From contig DIAY01000284.1 of assembly GCA_002414905.1 (NCBI GenBank), positions 354 to 64,353 of the forward strand: a stretch of 64,000 nt of DNA. Direction: 5' to 3'. This stretch comes from Holophagales bacterium UBA5066. GTDB lineage: Bacteria > Acidobacteriota > Thermoanaerobaculia > UBA5066. This document shows positions 52,661 through 59,916 of this stretch, one piece after another. A program made the translations under genes and the position numbers. Under the pieces are notes generated by a model. It saw only the letters and a program-made list of their open reading frames with translations. It was not told where the DNA came from and ran no database searches. Position 1 is the stretch's first letter. Every line of letters starts with the position of its first letter.

Positions 52661-55600
52661 TCAGATTCCGACAGCGTCGGAGCTCGTGAGGGGCGGAAGG
52701 GCGGGCTCCGCGTGGAGCAGCGCGATCAGAAGGGCGCAGGTCCCGAGGTCGAGGGCAGTGCCCTCAGCAGGCGCCCCCTCGACGCGGGCGTCGAGGAGCG
52801 TCCAGCTCGCCGGATCGAGCGTCGCGCGGAGCGTGTCCGAGCGGTACTCGGCGACGCCGTCACGGCGCTCGAGACGATGAGGGCGGCCGGCGATCCTGGC
52901 CTCGATCGCGACGGTGCCGCCAACGCGAGACATCCGGAAGGCGTCGCCTTTCGCCTCGGCAAAGCCGAGCGGGTCGATCCAGAAGGTCGGCTTGTCACGG
53001 TGCGGCGAGCCGGAGGTCGGGCAGAAGCTGACGCAGTTGCCGCACTCGTTGCAGGCGTCGCCGAGGTTGACGATCTGGACGCCCTGCTCGACTTTCAGCT
53101 TCGTCGTCCCCTTCGGGACGGCGCGCCCCGCCTCGACGACGAACGACGGGAGCTCTATTTCGAGGGGCGGGAGGACGTACGCCTGGTTCGCCAGGTTCGG
53201 GCAGACGATGACGCAGAGGCTGCAGACCTCGTCGCAGTCGAGGCAGCGGGCCGCCTCGCGGCGAGCCGCCTCGGGGTCCAGAGAGAGGAGGACCTCGGCA
53301 AAGCCGCCGCGGTCGGAGACGGGGAGCTCGGGGACGGGCTCGGGGCCGACGAGCCGGGACTTCTTCTCCATCATCGCGGCGACGGAGGTCCCCTTCGGGA
53401 GATGCGGCTCGGCGAGGGGAAGGGCGAGGCCGTGGCGCCGTGCGATCTCGTCGGCGGCGGCGCGGCCGTCGGCGACGGCCTTGATGATCGAGGCGGGGCC
53501 GCGGACGACGTCTCCCCCCGCGAAGAAGCTCTCGCGCGAGGTCTCGCCCGTCTCGAGGCCGGCCTTCAGCGTTCCGTCGCGCCGGGTGTCGAGCGTCGTG
53601 CCCCCGAGGAACTCGAGAGCCGTTTCCTGGCCGATCGCCGTGACGATCGTGTCAGCGGGGATCACGACCTCGCTCCCGTCGAGCGGGACGGGGCGCGGGC
53701 GGCCGGAGGCGTCGGGCTCTCCGAGCTTCATCCGGGTGCAGGCGAGGCCGACGGCTCGGCCGTTCTCGACGACGACGCGCGCCGGGGCGAGGAGGTCCAT
53801 CAGGCCGATCCCTTCCACCTCACAGTCGTGGATCTCGGCCGGATCGGCGGGCATCTCGGCCCGGGTCCGCCGGTAGACGAGCGAGACTTCGCCGTCGCCG
53901 ACGAGGCGTTTCGCGGACCTGGCGCCGTCCATCGCGGAGTTGCCGCCGCCGACGACGAGCACGCGCTTGCCGAGATCGCGATTGCCCCCCTCGCGGAGGC
54001 CGTCGAGGAACTCGAGCGCGTCGACGACGCCCTCGGCGTCTTCGCCGGGGATCCCGAGCTTCTTCCCCTTCTGGGCGCCGACGCCGAGGAAGACGTAATC
54101 GAAGCGGGTGCGGAGGTCGTCGAGGGAGACGTCCTTTCCGACGGCGGTGTTCAGGTGGGTCTTCACCCCGAGCGAGGCGAGCCGGTCGAGGTCGACCTTC
54201 AGCTTGTCGTCGTCGAGGCGGTAGCGCGGAACCGCGCCGCCGACCATGCCGCCGGCGCGCCCCTTCGCTTCGAAAAGCTCGGCCTCGATGCCGGCGCGCG
54301 CGAGGTTCAGGGCGGCGGAGATCCCGGCCGGTCCGGCGCCGATGATGGCGACCTTCACGCCCTTCGCCTCGCCTGCGACCTCGGGCCTGCTGATGCCGTT
54401 CTCGAAGGCGAAGCGCTTGATCTCGCGGATGCCGAGCGGTGCGTCGTAGAGGTTCCTCACGCAGCGGTCGGTACACGGGTGATCGCAGATGCTGCCGGTA
54501 ACGCCGGGGAGGGCGTTCGAGCGGCGGATGACCTCGATCGCCTCGTCGTTGCGCCCGTGCGCGACGAGCCAGAGGTAGTCGGGGATGTTCTGGTGCGCCG
54601 GGCAGGCCTCCATGCAGGGAGCCGCGATGCAGTCGAAGGGGCCGAGGGGACGCGAACCCTTGAAAGCGAGGGGCCGTTCGCGGCGGGCGAAGCGGCTGCC
54701 GCGTCCGCCTTTGACGACCCGCTCGGCGTGCCGGGCGAGGTTCCAGCGCCGGCCGCGGCCGTCCGAGGTCTTCTCGACGAAGGCGTCGAGACTCCCGGCG
54801 CCGGCGGCGTCCATTGCTCCACCGAGGTTCGTCAGGTACTGGTTCAGGCGGGCGTAGCCGCCGGGCTTGAGCAGGTCGGTGCAGACCGTGATCGGGGCGA
54901 CGCCGTCGGCGACGAGGTCGGGGAAGTTCCAGGCGTCGGCGCCTCCGCAGAAGCTGATCGGCACCTGCCCGTCGAGCTCGTCGTCGACGAGGCGGGCGAG
55001 CGTGAGCGTGAGCGGATGGAGCGCCCGCCCCGACATGTACATCATCTTCTCGTTCGCCGGGAAGACGGGGCGGTGGTTGACGACCTCGAGGGTGTTCGAG
55101 AGCTTCACGCCGAACTCGCGGCCGGCGGCGCGGGCCGTCTGGGCGAGGCGCCGGACCATGGGCAGCGCGTCGGGCCAGCACGGGTCGTGGCCGAAGGCCG
55201 CGTCGGGAACTTCGATGCCGAAGCCGAACGTGCTGTTGAGGAGGCCGCGGAGCCGCTCGGGGCCGAGAAGTGTCGGATTCAGCTTGACCCAGGCGTGGAC
55301 GCCGACCTCCTCGAGGAGGTGGCGGGCGATCCGCTCGATCTCCGCGGGAGGGCAGCCGTGCATCGTCGAGAGGGTGATGTGCTCGGAGATCGAGGTCGGA
55401 ATCTCGACGTCGCGGACGCCGGGCCAGACCTTCGCGACCGCGTCGACGGCGGCGGGGAGGGCGTCCTTCGCGTCGCGGATCGAAGCGATGAAGTGCTGGA
55501 CGCGGGGGCTCTGGATTCCCTCCAGGTTGTAGCCGACGCTCATGTTGAAGAGCGTTCCGGGGCCCGGGAGGGAGAGCCTGGCGGCCAGGGCGTGGACGAG

Positions 55601-55984
55601 GACCCACGCCTTGAGGTACTCGTCGAAGGACTGCTCGAGCTTCAGCTCCTGCGACCACTCGCAGTTGAAGGTCTCGTCGGCCGAGTCGATGCAGGGGCGG
55701 CTCACCTCGAGCTCGTCCAGGATCTGCACCGTCTTGAGCTCGATGAAGCGGGCGCCGCAGAGCCAGCTGGCGACGATGTTCTGCGCGAGCTGGCTGTGGG
55801 GGCCCGCCGCGACGCCGAGCGGTGCGGCGAGTTCCCTGCCGAGGAGGCGGGAGGAGAACCGGGGCTCGGGCCGCGCGACGCAGGCCCTCGGAATCCCGAG
55901 GACCGTGTCGCGCGTCTCGAGGTCGCCGAACACCCAACGCGCGAGGAGCTCGAGAGGGAGAGGACGGAAGGCTTTTTCCACCAT
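52661..55984 (-). CDS. ygfK: YgfK-type iron-sulfur flavoprotein (DPD-like barrel + GltD-like FAD/NAD(P) domains + 2x[4Fe-4S] ferredoxin)
   Basis: GAGGAGG precedes ATG 55984. Sequence is GVAAGPHSQLAQNIV...FIELKTVQ. Next come VAIIGAGPAGISAALNLARAG and VLVVGGGNSAMDGARSA. Then the ferredoxin motifs CDEVCSLCVIVCPN and CNECGNCVSFCP. 1107 aa. The track ORF extends 72 spurious codons upstream. Confidence 0.85.
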   Translation of the reverse strand: MVEKAFRPLPLELLARWVFGDLETRDTVLGIPRACVARPEPRFSSRLLGRELAAPLGVAAGPHSQLAQNIVASWLCGARFIELKTVQILDELEVSRPCIDSADETFNCEWSQELKLEQSFDEYLKAWVLVHALAARLSLPGPGTLFNMSVGYNLEGIQSPRVQHFIASIRDAKDALPAAVDAVAKVWPGVRDVEIPTSISEHITLSTMHGCPPAEIERIARHLLEEVGVHAWVKLNPTLLGPERLRGLLNSTFGFGIEVPDAAFGHDPCWPDALPMVRRLAQTARAAGREFGVKLSNTLEVVNHRPVFPANEKMMYMSGRALHPLTLTLARLVDDELDGQVPISFCGGADAWNFPDLVADGVAPITVCTDLLKPGGYARLNQYLTNLGGAMDAAGAGSLDAFVEKTSDGRGRRWNLARHAERVVKGGRGSRFARRERPLAFKGSRPLGPFDCIAAPCMEACPAHQNIPDYLWLVAHGRNDEAIEVIRRSNALPGVTGSICDHPCTDRCVRNLYDAPLGIREIKRFAFENGISRPEVAGEAKGVKVAIIGAGPAGISAALNLARAGIEAELFEAKGRAGGMVGGAVPRYRLDDDKLKVDLDRLASLGVKTHLNTAVGKDVSLDDLRTRFDYVFLGVGAQKGKKLGIPGEDAEGVVDALEFLDGLREGGNRDLGKRVLVVGGGNSAMDGARSAKRLVGDGEVSLVYRRTRAEMPADPAEIHDCEVEGIGLMDLLAPARVVVENGRAVGLACTRMKLGEPDASGRPRPVPLDGSEVVIPADTIVTAIGQETALEFLGGTTLDTRRDGTLKAGLETGETSRESFFAGGDVVRGPASIIKAVADGRAAADEIARRHGLALPLAEPHLPKGTSVAAMMEKKSRLVGPEPVPELPVSDRGGFAEVLLSLDPEAARREAARCLDCDEVCSLCVIVCPNLANQAYVLPPLEIELPSFVVEAGRAVPKGTTKLKVEQGVQIVNLGDACNECGNCVSFCPTSGSPHRDKPTFWIDPLGFAEAKGDAFRMSRVGGTVAIEARIAGRPHRLERRDGVAEYRSDTLRATLDPASWTLLDARVEGAPAEGTALDLGTCALLIALLHAEPALPPLTSSDAVGI

Positions 55985-56024
55985 GACGACCTCCTCGGGC
56001 AGCGGATCGTTTCGCGGGGCTACT

Positions 56025-57590
56025 TCACTTCGTGGCGACGAAGACGCTCGGGAAGCGAGCCAGGAACGCGGCGCAGTGGATGAGCTCGCGGGTGTCGAGA
56101 CACTCGCCGATCTTGTGGGTGTTCTGCTCGATACCGGTGCCGAAGCCGAACATCGCGGGATACTTGTACGGTCCGCTCTCGATCCAGGCCTTGCCCGCAG
56201 CACCCGGGATCTTCGCGGCCTTCGGGACCGGGAAGCCGACGCCGTCGGTGGAGAAAACCCAGCGCTCGACGCGGGGCTCCTTCGTCAGGACTCCGCCCTC
56301 GCCGATCTTCCCGTCGACGTTCGGGCTCACGACGCCCTTGTAGGCCGCGACAGCCGCGCGGATCGACGGGTGATCTTCGGGGGTGACCCAGCCGAGGTAG
56401 ACCTGCGGGTTGTTCAGGACGTAGCCCTTCCAGCTCGCGTCGGTGTAGACCGGGATGGAGACCTCGACCGAAAGGCCGGCCTCGCGCGCGGCGGCGACGG
56501 AGGAGAGGCGCTCGACGTCGGCGACGGCCTGCTCGGGAGTCTCGCCGATCGTCAGGCGGCGGTCGAAGCGGAAGACGAGCTTCTCGGGGACGGCGCAGTC
56601 GCTCGGCGTGTCGAGGCGGGCCCAGGAGGCCGTCCGCGTGCCGTGGCCGAGGAACGGATCGTCGAGGAAGCCGTCGCGCCTCTCGTAGGCCTCGGCGGCC
56701 TCCTTGACGATCGCGCCACCGTACTCGAGCGGGTTCTTGCCTTCCCACGGCATGGAGCCGTGGCACGACTTTCCCGTGACGGTGACCTCGATCTGCATCC
56801 GGCCTCGCTGGCCACGGTAGATGCCGAGAGCGCCGCGCTTGCTGCAGCCCGTGCCGTCCGTGAGGATGACGACGTCGGGGATGACCTCGGGCCCGGCCGT
56901 CGGGAAGACCTCGCGGTTGAGGTACATCGGGCCGGCGCCGTCGTTGTCCTCCTCGCAGACCGTGCCGTACGAGCGGACGATCGCACCCCTCAGGGCACCC
57001 TCGCCCGTCAGCTCGACGAGGATCTTCGTGGCGATCGCGGCCGAGATGACGCCTCCGAGCTGGTCCGCGGAGCCGCGGCCGAAGAGGAGGTGGTCCCACT
57101 CGGACTCCGGCGGCACCCAGCCGAGCTCCTTCTTGAGGAACTCCCTGTTGATCTTCGCCTTGTCGATGAGGCCGTCGAAGCAGTCGGCCCCGACGACCTT
57201 CTCCTTCCACTGGGCGCGGAGGGGCTTGACGGTGTCGGTATGGCCGTCGATGTAGACGACCTTCTTCTGCGCCGCCGGGATGCCGTCGTTCGGGTCCTCG
57301 ACCTGCCAGACGAGGTTGCCGAAACCGTCGAAGAAGACGTCCTCGGGCTTCCGCACGGCGTTGATCTCGATGATCTTCTTCCGGAGGTACTCGAGGCGGG
57401 GGAACTCGTGGTTCGAGGTGCCGCAGAGCGGGTCGCCCCCCTGATCGAGCGGCTTGTCGACGTAATCCGCAGGGATTCGGATCGCTTCCGCGAGGATCTC
57501 CCTGGCGAGGGGAAGGTACTTCACGGCGAGCTCGGCGATGCGGGCGTCGAGATCAGTGGCGACGGGGACCGGGGCGTTCAGTGTCGGCAT
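56025..57590 (-). CDS. M20-family metallohydrolase (occupies the YgeY position; enlarged, 521 aa)
   Basis: GGAGGA precedes ATG 57590. Metal ligand blocks are YIDGHTDTV, FGRGSADQLGG and CEEDNDGAG. There are insertions and a C-terminal extension relative to ~400-aa YgeY-type enzymes. Confidence 0.75.
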   Translation of the reverse strand: MPTLNAPVPVATDLDARIAELAVKYLPLAREILAEAIRIPADYVDKPLDQGGDPLCGTSNHEFPRLEYLRKKIIEINAVRKPEDVFFDGFGNLVWQVEDPNDGIPAAQKKVVYIDGHTDTVKPLRAQWKEKVVGADCFDGLIDKAKINREFLKKELGWVPPESEWDHLLFGRGSADQLGGVISAAIATKILVELTGEGALRGAIVRSYGTVCEEDNDGAGPMYLNREVFPTAGPEVIPDVVILTDGTGCSKRGALGIYRGQRGRMQIEVTVTGKSCHGSMPWEGKNPLEYGGAIVKEAAEAYERRDGFLDDPFLGHGTRTASWARLDTPSDCAVPEKLVFRFDRRLTIGETPEQAVADVERLSSVAAAREAGLSVEVSIPVYTDASWKGYVLNNPQVYLGWVTPEDHPSIRAAVAAYKGVVSPNVDGKIGEGGVLTKEPRVERWVFSTDGVGFPVPKAAKIPGAAGKAWIESGPYKYPAMFGFGTGIEQNTHKIGECLDTRELIHCAAFLARFPSVFVATK

Positions 57591-57861
57591 ATCGTCCTCC
57601 GGAAGGTTTGCGCTTCAGGCTCATCTGTCGGGATGGAGTTCAAGGGCGTTGGACCCGTGGGGTCCTGCGGGCTGGAGAGGGTGATGGGGGAGGTGGTCCT
57701 GCGGCTCACCGACGGCGTGGGGTGGGGAAGCTCGCCGGGGAACGCGACCGCGTTTGAGGGGAATCCGGGAGCCGCCGGTGCGATCGCGCGGGCCAGGCTT
57801 CTGTTGACCTTCGGATTCCGGGGGTTGAGAGAGCAGGCGTTCGATCTCACGTCCGCCCTGA

Positions 57862-57889
57862 AATCTATGCCTGAATGTCAGGATGTCAA
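57862..57889 (-). promoter_or_regulatory. Sigma70-like promoter candidate for the 14-gene operon inside an AT-rich island
   Basis: The minus strand reads TTGACA-16 nt-TAGATT. The -35 hexamer is part of a direct repeat TGACAT-CC-TGACAT. The surrounding ~65 bp are strikingly AT-rich in a ~70% GC window. It lies ~270 nt upstream of the M20 start. Confidence 0.45.
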
Positions 57890-57901
57890 TAAAATTCTGT
57901 G

Positions 57902-58498
57902 CTAGTCAGATAATTTATTTACCATGCGGCTTGTCGCAGGCTCCAGATCTGATCGAACGTCTATATCGCGTACAATGCCGGGATCATCGCTCTTTAGCAG
58001 TACGAGTTCCGACGCGTGCCTGGCCAGAATGGACCTTGCACCGGCGTCCCCGGTGAGTCTGAGGATTTCCGGGAGAAGCACCCCTGCGAAGCCCACCGGG
58101 TGGCCTCTGCGCCCGCCGAAGGACGGAGCGACCAGAAGCGCGCCTTCCTTCAGCCTTCGGACGACTGCCCCGACCGTTTCGGGCCTGACGAAGGGCATGT
58201 CGGCCAGAGCCACGACCCATCCGTCCGCCGTGGAGGCGTTCGAGACGCCGAAGGCGAGGCTTGCACCCATCCCTTCGCTGGCTCCCGGGAAGGGAAGGAC
58301 TTCGGCCCCCTCGGCCCTCAGGAGCGCCTCGAGCGGGAGGTCGCCGGGACGTACGACGGCGAGGAGCCGATCGACGGCGCTCCCGAGGGAGCGCGCCGAC
58401 CGGACCCCGACAGGCGTCCCGTCCTCGAGCAGGGCGAGGAGCTTCCGTCCGCCGAAGCGGGCGCCGGCCCCCGCCGCGAGGAGGATGCCGGCGATCAT
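57902..58498 (-). CDS. mocA: MobA-like nucleotidyltransferase, MocA/YgfJ type (molybdenum cofactor cytidylyltransferase)
   Basis: ATG 58498 gives MIAGILLAAGAGARFGGRKLL...EGMGASLAFGV...VALADMPFV...GRRGHPVGF. 198 aa. The upstream 45 codons of the track ORF overlap the purA 3' end and are unlikely to be coding. Confidence 0.75.
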   Translation of the reverse strand: MIAGILLAAGAGARFGGRKLLALLEDGTPVGVRSARSLGSAVDRLLAVVRPGDLPLEALLRAEGAEVLPFPGASEGMGASLAFGVSNASTADGWVVALADMPFVRPETVGAVVRRLKEGALLVAPSFGGRRGHPVGFAGVLLPEILRLTGDAGARSILARHASELVLLKSDDPGIVRDIDVRSDLEPATSRMVNKLSD

Positions 58499-58532
58499 CG
58501 AATGGCCCTGCGCGAGCTCCTGGCCCCCGGCG

Positions 58533-59861
58533 TCAGTGGCGGGCGAGGGCGAGCCAGGAATCCAGGACGGTCCCGGACCGAATGATGGTCTCTTCCCGCT
58601 TGGGGCCGGTCGACAGAATGGTGATGGGCGCACCCACGGCCTCTTCGAGCGCCGAGACGAATGCCCTCGCCGCCTCCGGGAGCCCGGAGAAGTCGCCGGT
58701 GCCGACGATCGACTTCTTCCATCCCGGGAAGGACCTGTAGACCGGTCTCGCCGCCTCGTAGTGGTCGGAGCGGGCAGGGACTTCCGTCACCGTCTTCCCG
58801 TTGATCTCGTAGGCGACGCAGATCTTCACCTCGTCGTGGTCGTCGAGGACGTCCATCTTCGTCAGCGCGATGCCGGCGAGGCCTCCGACGCGCAGGCTCG
58901 TCCGCGCAACGACGGCGTCGAACCAGCCGACCCTCCGCGGACGCCCGGTCACGGTTCCGAACTCGTTTCCGCGCCTGCGGATCCGCTCCCCGGTCTCGTC
59001 GAAGAGCTCGGTCGGGAAGGGCCCGGAGCCGACCCGTGTCGTGTAGGCCTTCATGATCCCCATCACGGCGCCGATGGCTGAAGGAGGGATCCCGAGGCCG
59101 GTGCAGGCGCCGCCCGGCCCGCAGGAGGAGGACGTTACGAACGGGTAGGTCCCGTGGTCGACGTCGAGCATGATTCCCTGTGCGCCTTCGCAGAGGAGGC
59201 GGGCGCCGGCGGCCAGCCTCTCGTTGAGAAGGGCCCGGGTGTCGGCGACGAGGGGGGCGAGCTCCCTGGCGTACTCGAGGTAGGTGTCGATCGTCTCGTC
59301 CACCTTCGGTGCGTCGAGGCCGTAGAAGTGCGAGAGGACGGCGGCCTGGTGCGTGAGGAGGGGACGGGCGAGAGAGACGAACCGGTCGGGGTCCACGAGA
59401 TCGGCGATGCGGATGCCGCTCCGGTTCGCCTTCGACTCGTAGGCCGGACCGATCCCGCGTGACGTCGTTCCGATGTTCGCACCGCCGAGCGCCTGCTCAC
59501 GGGCGCCGTCCAGGAGGGCATGGGTCGGGAGGATGACGTGGGCGCGGTCGGAGAGCTTCAGGTTCTCCGCCACCTCGACACCCGCGGCCCTCAGGCTCGC
59601 GATCTCGAAGACGAGGGCCTTCGGGTCCACGACGAGGCCGTTACCGATGACGTTCAGGACGCCTTTCCGGCAGATGCCGGACGGGACGAGGCGAAGGGCG
59701 AAGTGTCGATCTTCGAACTTGACGGTGTGGCCGGCGTTGTGGCCGCCCTGGAAGCGCGCGACGACGTCGAAGGCCGGGGAGATCAGGTCGACGACCTTTC
59801 CCTTGCCTTCGTCGCCCCACTGCCCCCCGACGATCACGAAGGCGTTGCGAGACGTATTCAC
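58533..59861 (-). CDS. purA: Adenylosuccinate synthase
   Basis: VIVGGQWGDEGKGKVVDLI...RFQGGHNAGHTV...GTTSRGIGPAYE...TKMDVLD. Confidence 0.95.
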   Translation of the reverse strand: MNTSRNAFVIVGGQWGDEGKGKVVDLISPAFDVVARFQGGHNAGHTVKFEDRHFALRLVPSGICRKGVLNVIGNGLVVDPKALVFEIASLRAAGVEVAENLKLSDRAHVILPTHALLDGAREQALGGANIGTTSRGIGPAYESKANRSGIRIADLVDPDRFVSLARPLLTHQAAVLSHFYGLDAPKVDETIDTYLEYARELAPLVADTRALLNERLAAGARLLCEGAQGIMLDVDHGTYPFVTSSSCGPGGACTGLGIPPSAIGAVMGIMKAYTTRVGSGPFPTELFDETGERIRRRGNEFGTVTGRPRRVGWFDAVVARTSLRVGGLAGIALTKMDVLDDHDEVKICVAYEINGKTVTEVPARSDHYEAARPVYRSFPGWKKSIVGTGDFSGLPEAARAFVSALEEAVGAPITILSTGPKREETIIRSGTVLDSWLALARH

Positions 59862-59916
59862 CGCGCGATTCTACCCGGCGGCGAAAGAACCAGCCGAATG
59901 CGAGAATTGCCGACCG

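Noticed and set aside
51308-56083. Very long plus-strand ORF (1591 aa), the largest in the track
   Set aside because: It is antisense to the NCS2 permease, ygfK and the M20 gene. Its translation is R/D/E/G/A/P-rich low complexity with no family motif. The minus-strand genes have clear motifs and SD sites. This is a typical stop-codon-poor antisense frame in high-GC DNA.
37391-57590. In-frame TGA (selenocysteine) recoding or SECIS elements in the selenium-linked operon
   Set aside because: All 14 ORFs are intact without needing TGA read-through. The family-level expectation is a labile selenium cofactor, not selenocysteine. No SECIS-like hairpin directly after an in-frame TGA was seen.
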